From a bacterium (lineage in GTDB: Bacteria; Eisenbacteria; RBG-16-71-46): a stretch of DNA of 64,000 nt. Shown piece by piece: positions 29,137 to 37,721 of this stretch. Within the stretch, counting starts at the first letter, position 1; the number at the start of each line of letters is the position of its first letter. The translations under genes were made by a program, and so were the position numbers. The notes beneath the pieces were generated by a model. That model had not been told where the DNA came from. It did no database searches and saw only the letters and a list, made by a program, of their open reading frames with translations. The stretch spans positions 1 through 64,000 of the forward strand of contig JAYWEM010000084.1 in the NCBI GenBank assembly GCA_043779265.1, given 5' to 3'.

Positions 29137-30357
29137 ATGCGCACGTTCCGTTCCCCTTGGGTGATTGCCGTCCTGCTGCTCGTGCTCCGCGCGATCCTGC
29201 TCGCGGTGACCTCCGATGGAAGCCGTTCCCTGCACGGGGATGAGCCCGCCTACGACGATGTCGCCCGCTCCCTGCTGGCGGGTCATGGATTCCTCTACCA
29301 CGGCGAACCGTGGATCTGGAAGCCGCCGCTGTGGCCTGCGGTCCTGGCCGGGATCCGATCTGTGTTCGGGGATTGCCTGCGGACCACCGTGCTGTTCCAG
29401 GGGCTCTTCGATGCGGGCTCCACGCTCCTCATTGGCCTCACGGCGCATCGCGTGGTCGGAGCGCGTGCTGCATGGATCACGATGGCGGTCGTGGCGTTGT
29501 GGCCTCCGTTCCTGCGCGAGAGCCGCCTGATCCAGACCGAGCCACTCTTCACACTCCTCGTGTCGCTGACGCTCTTCCTCTTCGTCCGCTACGTCCTTCG
29601 GCCGACGCACCGAGCGGCGCTCCTCCTCGGAGTGGGCGCGGGGTTGGCGGCGATGATCCGCCCCAATGGACTCATGCCGCTCGCCGGCTTCCTGCTCGCG
29701 TGGTGGTTGCTGGATCGTCGCGCTCGCGCGCACGCGCTGACGCTCGTGTCCGTCGCGCTCGGGGTCCTTGTGGTCATCTCGCCGTGGACGATCCGGAACG
29801 CGAAGGTGTTCCACACTCTCATCCCGTTCTCCTCGGGCGGCGGCGATGTGTTCGCCATGGGGACGTCAGTGGCGGCCAACGGGCGCTGGCACCATGTGAT
29901 CTGGGTCAACGAGCGCACGGCGCTCATCCGAGCCGAGGAGGATCGAGTCGGCCGAACGCTTGATGTGGTCGAGCGTGACCGTGCACTCCTGGTGATCGGG
30001 GCGAAGCGGTGGCTCGAGGCGCCCGGTGCTCAGCTCAGGCTCTGGGGGCTGCGATTGTGGCGGACCCTGGCGCTGCCGTTGGAGGGTACGAATGAATGGC
30101 TCCGCTTCGGATTCGCCGGATCGCTCTTCGCGATCTATGCGCTCGCCTTGTTGCGGCTGCGGCGGGGGGCAGGAGAGGGCGAGGATCGGGAGCGTTTGGT
30201 TCCGGTGCTCCTCCTGGCATTCTGCCTCTATGCGCTCATGCTCTCGATCGTCGCCTCGAGCTCGAGGTACGTGGAGCCGATGCGCCCGGTCCCGATGATG
30301 CTGGCCGTGAGTGCCGTGCTCGGGCTGTGGGCGACACGCGTGTCGCGCCGGAACTGA
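29137..30357 (+). CDS. GT-C glycosyltransferase (family 39/ArnT-like)
   Basis: GDEPAYD, PPLWP, TEPLF, IRP and PWTIRN motifs with multiple TM helices. Confidence 0.82.
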   Translation: MRTFRSPWVIAVLLLVLRAILLAVTSDGSRSLHGDEPAYDDVARSLLAGHGFLYHGEPWIWKPPLWPAVLAGIRSVFGDCLRTTVLFQGLFDAGSTLLIGLTAHRVVGARAAWITMAVVALWPPFLRESRLIQTEPLFTLLVSLTLFLFVRYVLRPTHRAALLLGVGAGLAAMIRPNGLMPLAGFLLAWWLLDRRARAHALTLVSVALGVLVVISPWTIRNAKVFHTLIPFSSGGGDVFAMGTSVAANGRWHHVIWVNERTALIRAEEDRVGRTLDVVERDRALLVIGAKRWLEAPGAQLRLWGLRLWRTLALPLEGTNEWLRFGFAGSLFAIYALALLRLRRGAGEGEDRERLVPVLLLAFCLYALMLSIVASSSRYVEPMRPVPMMLAVSAVLGLWATRVSRRN

Positions 30358-30379
30358 AGCGACTCGCCCTCGTCGACGC

Positions 30380-31717
30380 CTAGTGCAGGCCGAACTTCTT
30401 CCCGGCCACTGCGCCGTGGAAGACGATCTGGTTCTTCGGCGGGCGCTTGGCCTTGAGCAACGCGGTATTCGCGGCGCGCCACAGATCGGACGGGTTGTCC
30501 GCATGATCCGGGAACATCGCGACGCCGATGCTCACGGTCACATGCACGCGGTGCGAGCGGCCATCCAGGCCCTCGAGGCGGATGGCGGTGCGCTCGACCG
30601 CGCTGCGCAGTCGCTCGCTGATCGCGAGCACGTCCTCCTCGATGACCGGAGGCGTGAGCAACACGGCGAACTCCTCGCCGCCCCAGCGCGCCACCGTATC
30701 GAATGGGCGGACACCGGCGCGGAGCGTGGAAGCCACCTGCACCAGAACCTGATTGCCTGCTTCATACCCGAACGAGGTGTTGAACGACTTGAAGTCGTCG
30801 ATGTCGCAGATCAGAAGAGCCAGTGAACTCTGCTCGCGCTGGGCTCGCGCGATCTCGTTGCGGATCTGAAGGTCGTAGTAGGAGCGATTGTAGGAGCCGG
30901 TCATCGGGTCGACGAAGACGAGCTTCTCGATCCGGTTGGCGCGCTCGAGTACGCCGCCGCAGAAGTCGGCGAGTAGGGCGATCATGGCGAGGTCGGTGGC
31001 GTCGAACGCGTGCGACTCCGGACTCCGCACTTCGATGTGGCCCAGGGCCTCCCCATCGGATCCGAGCACGGCACAGGCCACGAGCGATTGAGCCCCGCGA
31101 CGCCGGGATTCGCGAGTCAGCGCGCTGGAGCGCTCGGTGTCGGGGCAGGAGAACAGCATGCCGTGATGCTGCAGCACGTCGCTGGCGAGGCCGGCATCGA
31201 TGGGCGTTTCGCCACCCTCCTCGGGTGCATCGTCCTTCCCGAAGTAGGTGACCTCTCCCGAACCGAGCAGTTCGCGCCCCGCCTGTTCCAGCTGCGAGAG
31301 CAGCCCGGCGCGAGTCGTCCCGGTACGTGGGTCCGAGAAGATGAGCGGATCGTCGAGGCGGACCAAACGCCGAACCTGATCCAAACGAGCCGGCGCCTGC
31401 ATCGGCAGCGCACTTCGATTCTGAACGGTGACGCCGTCGCGAACCTGCGGGCCCGGCATCTGCAGTGTGATCACGTCGACCCGGCCCGGCGCCTGATAGC
31501 GGACCACGGGGGAGGCGGCGGTGAGCTCGGCCGGCAGCCGGCGCAAAATGCCCTGCTGCTCCAGCATCTCGATGGCATGCAGCGCGGCATGCTCGACCTC
31601 GAGTGCGAGTCCGGATCGGAGCGCGCGCTGGACGCGATGACGGTCCACCGGGGAAAGCTGCTCGACCGGGAGCAGGCGCTCCAGAAGGTCACGGAAACCG
31701 ATGTTCTTCTGCTTCAT
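30380..31717 (-). CDS. GAF-GGDEF diguanylate cyclase
   Basis: DPMTGSYNR, DIDDFKSFN, RPFD I-site and RWGGEEF. A GAF-like segment lies upstream. Confidence 0.92.
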   Translation of the reverse strand: MKQKNIGFRDLLERLLPVEQLSPVDRHRVQRALRSGLALEVEHAALHAIEMLEQQGILRRLPAELTAASPVVRYQAPGRVDVITLQMPGPQVRDGVTVQNRSALPMQAPARLDQVRRLVRLDDPLIFSDPRTGTTRAGLLSQLEQAGRELLGSGEVTYFGKDDAPEEGGETPIDAGLASDVLQHHGMLFSCPDTERSSALTRESRRRGAQSLVACAVLGSDGEALGHIEVRSPESHAFDATDLAMIALLADFCGGVLERANRIEKLVFVDPMTGSYNRSYYDLQIRNEIARAQREQSSLALLICDIDDFKSFNTSFGYEAGNQVLVQVASTLRAGVRPFDTVARWGGEEFAVLLTPPVIEEDVLAISERLRSAVERTAIRLEGLDGRSHRVHVTVSIGVAMFPDHADNPSDLWRAANTALLKAKRPPKNQIVFHGAVAGKKFGLH

Positions 31718-32025
31718 GGCAGTACGCGCCTCCATGCGTGTATGCCGTTTGCCGTCCGAGCGAACGTCGGTCACGGGGATGCCTCGGAGGATGTCATGCG
31801 AGGGGGGAGATGCATCCGACCATTCTGTGCCGAGCGAGTGTAGCACAGCAGAACTCGCGCTCGACGAGCAAGTCGATCGTCCGAACCGACGGCTCACCGG
31901 TCGAGTGTCACGGCTCGCCGCAGGGCTGTGGAGTTGTGGCCGAATCCCTTGACGCACTTCAGTCGCGTCGATAAGTTGCGACCGCTGGCCCACTTGCGCT
32001 CTATCTCGTCATCCCGAGGTTGTCG

Positions 32026-32496
32026 ATGCGGCTCTCCGAACTGCTCGTCCCGCAGGCCGTCACCACGCGGCTCGCCGCCCGAACCAAGCGCGAGGCCATC
32101 GCGGAGTTGGTGGACCGCCTCGAATCGGCGCACGGACTCTCGAGTCAGGGTGAGATCCTCGATCGCGTGCTGCGACGTGAGGCGATGATGAGCACGGGCA
32201 TCGGCAATGGCATCGCCATCCCGCACGGCAAGGCCCGGCAGCTCGATCGCATGGTCGCCGCTTGTGGCGTCTCGCGAGAGGGCCTCGAGTTCGAGACGGT
32301 TGATGGCGAGCCGGCGACCCTGTTCGTGATGCTCGTGGCCCCCGAGAGTGCAGGCGCCCTCCATGTGAAGGTGCTCGCCAACATCTCCCGGCTCCTCAAG
32401 GAGGAGTCGGTGCGCCGCACGCTGCGCGAGTCGGGCTCGCCCGAGGAGTTCCTCTCGGCCTTGAGAGCTGCGGAAGCCGCACACATCCCCGGCTGA
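32026..32496 (+). CDS. PTS EIIA (Ntr/Fru type)
   Basis: REAMMSTGIGNGIAIPHG and HVKVLANISRLL. Confidence 0.93.
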   Translation: MRLSELLVPQAVTTRLAARTKREAIAELVDRLESAHGLSSQGEILDRVLRREAMMSTGIGNGIAIPHGKARQLDRMVAACGVSREGLEFETVDGEPATLFVMLVAPESAGALHVKVLANISRLLKEESVRRTLRESGSPEEFLSALRAAEAAHIPG

Positions 32497-32540
32497 TCCG
32501 GTCGTCGGCCGTTCCTCGCCGCGTTTCCAGCGGAGGCTGC

Positions 32541-33194
32541 ATGCACCTGCTCGACGCTTGGTTGACGCTCCCACCCGGCGACCTGCTCCGGCTGCTCCTG
32601 ATGCCCATTGCGGCGGCACTGGCAACGTTTCTGCCGGGGCGTCGGATCGCGCGCTGGGCTGCCGTGCTGATGGCCGTGGGCTCCCTCGGATCAGCTGAGA
32701 TCGGTGGCTCCTGGCTCGTGCGGGCGGGGTGGGCCGGGCTTTGGGCAGGACTCGCCTGGTGGGTGGGGCGAGAAGGTGCGGACTCGGAGTTGCACGAACC
32801 GAAGCGAGAGCGCTTCGAGGCGTGGGTGCTCGGGTTCCCGCTCGGCATCGGCGTCCTGCTCCTGCTCCTGGCGGCACTTTCGCGTCAGGTGCTTCCTGAC
32901 GACGCGTCGCGTTCGGCGCAGATCGGTGTCTCGCTCCTCGCACTCGGAATGCTCCATCTGCTGACCCGTCGTCACATCCGTCGGGCGGTGCTCGCCTTCG
33001 CGTTCATCGCGTTCGGAATCGAGGCGCTGAGTGCTGCCGTTCGCGCGATCGATGTCCTCCAGGAGGGCTCACCCTCGGGTGCGGCCCTCGCCGGCGCGTT
33101 CGTCGTGTTCGCGCTGCTCATCCGACTCACGCACGCTCGCGAATCGCTGGCTCGCGCTCCGCTCGTCTCCGACGCGCACGATCTGCACGACTGA
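32541..33194 (+). CDS. Membrane protein with a NuoK/HyfE-like C-terminal half
   Basis: Multiple TM helices. LGMLHLLTRRHIRRAVLAFAFIAFGIE resembles NuoK TM1-2. Confidence 0.6.
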   Translation: MHLLDAWLTLPPGDLLRLLLMPIAAALATFLPGRRIARWAAVLMAVGSLGSAEIGGSWLVRAGWAGLWAGLAWWVGREGADSELHEPKRERFEAWVLGFPLGIGVLLLLLAALSRQVLPDDASRSAQIGVSLLALGMLHLLTRRHIRRAVLAFAFIAFGIEALSAAVRAIDVLQEGSPSGAALAGAFVVFALLIRLTHARESLARAPLVSDAHDLHD

Positions 33195-34573
33195 TGCGGA
33201 TCCGACGCTTCGCGCCGCCCTCGCCGGTCACGCTGGGAGCCGTTCTCGCTGCGGGTGCGCTGGTGCTCGTGCTCGCGCCGTCGCTGCTCGCGGCGGCCAT
33301 CACCGTCGAGGCGCTGGCGCTGGCGTTCTGGTTGTGGGCGCGCGCTTCGGAGACACCCGTCGAGACACTCCGGCGATGGACCTGGCTGCGGCGTCCGGCG
33401 ATGGCGCTCTGGCTCGCCGTGGCGCTGTTGGCCGTTCTGCCCGAGCGAGCGGGGGTGTTCGATCCGAGCGGTCTCGCCGCGCAGGCGCCGGAACTCTCCG
33501 CGCCGGGGCCGCGCGATCCGCTGTCAGCCCCGCGAACGCTCGCGGCGTTCGCGATCCTGTGGGCGGCGCTCGAACTGCTCGCAGCCGCGCCACTGGCTCG
33601 TCCGTATCCCGATCTCACCGGGCCGTTGGTGCGCTCGGGTCCCTGGCTGCCGGCGCTGCTGCCGGTGACGGGATTCCTCGTGCTCTGGCGGCACCGAGCG
33701 CTCTGGGGTGACGCGCCGTTCATGCATGAGGCGGCCAGCTTCGCGCTGCTCGCCGCGGCGTGGCTCGCCGTGCTCCGCGCCTTCGCGAGGCGCGGGTTCA
33801 CGGCATCGACGCGCTGGCTCTCGGTCTATGACTCGGCACTCGCCGCGCTCCTATTGGCTCGCCAGATCGTCGAGCCGGAGATCGTCTTGTTGCTGTGGGC
33901 AGCGGCCGCGGGCGGACGGTTCATGACGCTCGTGGCGGAGTCGCGCGGAGCCCTCGCGAGGCGCGGTCCCGTGCTGGCTCGCTTGTGGCGCGTGGCGAGT
34001 TGGTCGGCCGGAGCGTGTCTGGCATGGCCTCTGGTGGCCGGGGTCTCGTTCGCGGGAGGACGGTTCCGCCTGTTCGAGACGCTGCTCGTCTGCCTTCCGA
34101 TCTTCCTCGCCGCGTTCCTCACGTGGCAGCGCCTGGTCGAGGTGCCCGAGCGTCGAGCCGCACGGCGACTGGATCGACTCGCGGCCCTGAGCGCCGCGGC
34201 GGCGGCCGGCACGTTGATACTCGGCCCGCTCGCGCTGCTGGCGGCGTGGTGGAATGGGTTCGAGGTCCCCATGATCGCGGGCCTCCTGGCTGCAGCCCCG
34301 GCGCTGCTCGCGCTTCGGCCCACTCCGACGGGTGGAGAGGTGCCGGCGATGTTCCGGGTTCCGGCGGCGGCGGGAGCGAGCGCGCGCGACACCGCGGTCT
34401 CGATCTTCCGCACCGTGGTCGCCATGGAGCGCGAGTTGGCGCGCGCGCTCGGTGTGGCCGTTCGCGCGATCACCGCCCCGATCCGCGACCTCCACACCGG
34501 CGATGCGCAGGAGTATCTGCTGTTCCTCGCGGGTGTGGCGCTGCTCTCACTCCTCGTTCCGCTGATGAGATGA
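33194..34573 (+). CDS. Divergent NuoL/MrpA-like membrane protein
   Basis: Many TM helices, an amphipathic C-terminal helix and LHTGDAQEYLL, similar to the NuoL C-terminus. Confidence 0.6.
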   Translation: MRIRRFAPPSPVTLGAVLAAGALVLVLAPSLLAAAITVEALALAFWLWARASETPVETLRRWTWLRRPAMALWLAVALLAVLPERAGVFDPSGLAAQAPELSAPGPRDPLSAPRTLAAFAILWAALELLAAAPLARPYPDLTGPLVRSGPWLPALLPVTGFLVLWRHRALWGDAPFMHEAASFALLAAAWLAVLRAFARRGFTASTRWLSVYDSALAALLLARQIVEPEIVLLLWAAAAGGRFMTLVAESRGALARRGPVLARLWRVASWSAGACLAWPLVAGVSFAGGRFRLFETLLVCLPIFLAAFLTWQRLVEVPERRAARRLDRLAALSAAAAAGTLILGPLALLAAWWNGFEVPMIAGLLAAAPALLALRPTPTGGEVPAMFRVPAAAGASARDTAVSIFRTVVAMERELARALGVAVRAITAPIRDLHTGDAQEYLLFLAGVALLSLLVPLMR

Positions 34574-34583
34574 GGGACGCTCG

Positions 34584-35789
34584 GTGATCGCTCCTCTGAC
34601 GACCCTGCTGGCACTCCTGACGCTGCTCGCCGCTCTTCTGCTGCGGCCGCGCCCCGAAGGCGAACCGCCGCGGACGCAATTGTTGGGCCTGGCGCTGTGG
34701 TTCATCGCCCTGCTGCCACTCGCCAGTGTCCTGCACTCCCCGCATGCGCTGGGACCAGCGGGCGTGCTGCTCACGTGGGCGCTCGTTCTGGCTCTACTGC
34801 TGCGGGACCTGCGGGATCCCTACTCGAGCGAAGCGGCGCTCAAGCTCGCGTGGGTGGGCGGCGCAGCGCTGGCGCTCTCGCTCGCCGGCGAGCACCTGCT
34901 CGCGCTGGCGGCGGGGACAGCGCGAGTGAGCGAGCAGGGCCCGGCCCTGACGCTCGGGCTGGACCCTTACGCACTGTGGGGCGTGGCGCTCGTGCTCAGT
35001 CTGATGGTCGGAGTCGTATTGCTCGCCGGTGTGCCCTTCCACTTCTGGGCCGCCGATCTCGCGCAGGGCGCGCCGCTCCACATCGCGCCTCTGGCGCTCG
35101 CCTCGCTCGCCGCGCTCGGCGCTGCGTGGCTGTCGCGCCGCCTTGCGGAAGTCGCGAACTTCCCCGACGGACTCGACCGGGTCGGTGCGGTGCTCGCAGG
35201 TTCGGCAGTGCTCGCGCTGATCGGCGGCGGCGCTTCGCTCGCGTGGCAGAAGCGGCCCGATCGCCGAGTCGGCGTACTGGTCGGCGTGCAGGGCGCTCTG
35301 GTGCTGACGGCGCTGGCGATCGATCCTGGGCGCGCGCCCTTCACGTCGCTCTCGCAGGATGGGCTCGCAGCGTGGGCCATCCATCTCGGCCTCGCGCTGA
35401 CCGGCGCCATCGCCTTCGCGCGATTCACGCCCGCCGACGTGCACGCGATCGAACCACCCGCCGTGCTGTTCCGTCGCCACCCGTGGGCGGGTTTCGCTGC
35501 GCTCTACGCGCTGCTGTCCTTGAGTGGGGCACCCGGCACGCCCGGCGCATCGCTCTGGTTCGTGACGGCTCGTCGCGCGATCGAGACCGGGCACTCCGGT
35601 TGGACGTTGGCCCTCGCGTTCGCCTGGGTCGCGTCGGTGGCGATGGTGATCAGCGAGGCGCGCCGGGCGTTCGGGATCCCCGCGAGTGGTCCGGCGCCGG
35701 AGGCGGAGGTCCCGCTCCGCGTTCGGGTCGCACTCTTCGCCGTGGCGGGCGGACTCGCGATGCTCGGTCTCGCCTGGATTCTCGTCTGA
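34584..35789 (+). CDS. Divergent NuoN/MrpD-like (proton-conducting transporter family) membrane protein
   Basis: SSEAALK, VPFHFWAADLAQGAP, LFRRHP and LLSLSGAPGTPG motifs. Confidence 0.78.
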   Translation: MIAPLTTLLALLTLLAALLLRPRPEGEPPRTQLLGLALWFIALLPLASVLHSPHALGPAGVLLTWALVLALLLRDLRDPYSSEAALKLAWVGGAALALSLAGEHLLALAAGTARVSEQGPALTLGLDPYALWGVALVLSLMVGVVLLAGVPFHFWAADLAQGAPLHIAPLALASLAALGAAWLSRRLAEVANFPDGLDRVGAVLAGSAVLALIGGGASLAWQKRPDRRVGVLVGVQGALVLTALAIDPGRAPFTSLSQDGLAAWAIHLGLALTGAIAFARFTPADVHAIEPPAVLFRRHPWAGFAALYALLSLSGAPGTPGASLWFVTARRAIETGHSGWTLALAFAWVASVAMVISEARRAFGIPASGPAPEAEVPLRVRVALFAVAGGLAMLGLAWILV

Positions 35790-35792
35790 AGG

Positions 35793-35829
35793 CGAACGGC
35801 CCGCCACGCGGTGCGTGACAGGCCGTTCG
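35793..35829. terminator. Hairpin between the convergent operon end and the tRNA
   Basis: CGAACGGCC...GGCCGTTCG with an inner CACGC/GCGTG stem. Confidence 0.45.
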
Positions 35830-35837
35830 TACGAAGA

Positions 35838-35913
<76 letters not shown>

Positions 35914-36035
35914 ACGAGAGGCCGAGCACGATACGCACGGCCCCTTGCCGCGTCAAGCGCCCGCGTGCGAGAGCAAGCGCCAGCATGTTAGGTTCCCGCG
36001 CTCGACCGGATTCGAGCGACCTGGGGAGGAGTGCG

Positions 36036-36443
36036 ATGTCGGTGTTGGAGCGCGCAGGCGGCGTCCGCGTTGCGGGGATCCACTGGCTGCCCGTGCTCGT
36101 CTATGTCGCCCTCATCTTCATGCTGAGCGCCCAGCCGCGTCTGTCGCCGCCCTTCACCTTCCAGAACTCGGACAAGGTGCTCCATCTGCTCGAGTACGCG
36201 GTGCTCGGCGTTCTGCTCGCCCGCGCGATCCGGCGCAGTTGGCCATGGCGGAGCATCGTGGCCGCGGCCGCACTCACACTGTTCGTCGGCCTCGCGGTGG
36301 CGGCCGGGGATGAATGGTTCCAGAGCACCGTGCCCGGCCGGGACTCGACGGTGTTCGACTGGTACGCGGATGGGTTCGGCCTCGTGCTGTCTCAACTCGT
36401 CGTCCTGACTCTCGGACGTGATCCCAGCGAGGCTCGGACATGA
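36036..36443 (+). CDS. VanZ family membrane protein
   Basis: DKVLHLLEYAVLG and DEWFQSTVPGR..DWYAD. Confidence 0.88.
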   Translation: MSVLERAGGVRVAGIHWLPVLVYVALIFMLSAQPRLSPPFTFQNSDKVLHLLEYAVLGVLLARAIRRSWPWRSIVAAAALTLFVGLAVAAGDEWFQSTVPGRDSTVFDWYADGFGLVLSQLVVLTLGRDPSEART

Positions 36444-37720
36444 GTCACAAGCACCAGGCTCCTCGCGGTACACGTGACCTGATGCCAGCGGACACGCGGC
36501 TGTGGCAGTGGGCGGAGGAGCGCGCCCGGAGCGTCCTGACGCACTACGGGTTCGGCGAGATGCGCACCCCGATGTTCGAGGACTACGAGCTCTTCGCCCG
36601 CAGCTCCGGCGAATCGAGCGATGTGGTGCAGAAGGAGATGTACCGCTTCCAGGATCTGGGCGAGCGCGATCTCGCACTGCGTCCCGAGTTCACGGCGGGC
36701 GTGCTCCGAGCCTATCTGGAGCATGGCCTCGGCGGTCGTAGCCGCGTCCATCGCCTGTGGAGCATGGGACCGGTCTTCCGCTATGGCCGGCCGCAGAAGG
36801 GGCGCTATCGTCAGTTCAGTCAGTTGAATGCCGAGCTGATCGGATCGAGCGCCGCGGGCGCGGATGTCGAGGTGATCGCCCTGTTCGTGGATCTCTATGA
36901 GGCGTGGGGCTTCCGCGACCTCAGCGTGCTCGTCAACAGCGTCGGCCAACCCGCATCACGCCGCGCCTATGGGGAGCGGCTTCGCGCGTTGTTCGCACCG
37001 CATGCCTCGCGCCTCAGCGAGGACTCGCGTCGGCGTCTCGAGCACAACCCGCTCCGCGTGCTCGACACGAAGGACGCCGGTGACCTCGAGCTGTTGCGGG
37101 AACTGTCCGATCGGATGCCGCGCCTGGTCGATGTGCTGGACGATGCCGACCGGGCGCACTGGGACGAAGTGCGTGCAGGGCTCGAGTCCGCCGGAGTGGC
37201 GTTCGAGATCGACCATGGCCTGGTGCGCGGGCTCGACTACTACTCGCGCACGGCCTTCGAGGTGCATGACCGCTCGCTCGGCGCTCAGAGCGCGCTCGGC
37301 GGCGGTGGTCGCTACGATGGTCTCATCGAGATGCTGGGCGGCCCGGCCACGCCGGGGGTCGGTTTCGCGATCGGGATCGACCGGGCGCTGCTCGTGCTCG
37401 AGGAGCGCGGGTTCCAGCCTCCAGCGGCCGATACCGTGTATGTGGTCGCGATGGACTCCACCCGGACGGCAGCTCAGGCGCTGGTGCGCCGGTTGCGCCG
37501 GGAGTTCACCATCGAGACCGACATCGAGGCGCGCGCCTTCGGGGCCCAGATGAAGTCCGCCGGCAAGGCGGGTGCCCGCATCCTGCTCATCGTCGGTGAG
37601 GAGGAGTGGAAGCAGGGCATCGTCGCACTCAAGGATTCCAAGACGGGTACGCAGCAGGCGGTTGCGATCGATCGGCTCGCCGAGACGCTGCGGTCCATCC
37701 TCTCATCCCAGGAGACGTGA
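36440..37720 (+). CDS. hisS: Histidine--tRNA ligase
   Basis: RGTRD, KEMY, LRPEFTA, RPQKGRYRQF, LVRGLDYY and GGGRYD motifs. Confidence 0.97.
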   Translation: MSHKHQAPRGTRDLMPADTRLWQWAEERARSVLTHYGFGEMRTPMFEDYELFARSSGESSDVVQKEMYRFQDLGERDLALRPEFTAGVLRAYLEHGLGGRSRVHRLWSMGPVFRYGRPQKGRYRQFSQLNAELIGSSAAGADVEVIALFVDLYEAWGFRDLSVLVNSVGQPASRRAYGERLRALFAPHASRLSEDSRRRLEHNPLRVLDTKDAGDLELLRELSDRMPRLVDVLDDADRAHWDEVRAGLESAGVAFEIDHGLVRGLDYYSRTAFEVHDRSLGAQSALGGGGRYDGLIEMLGGPATPGVGFAIGIDRALLVLEERGFQPPAADTVYVVAMDSTRTAAQALVRRLRREFTIETDIEARAFGAQMKSAGKAGARILLIVGEEEWKQGIVALKDSKTGTQQAVAIDRLAETLRSILSSQET

Positions 37721-37721
37721 G

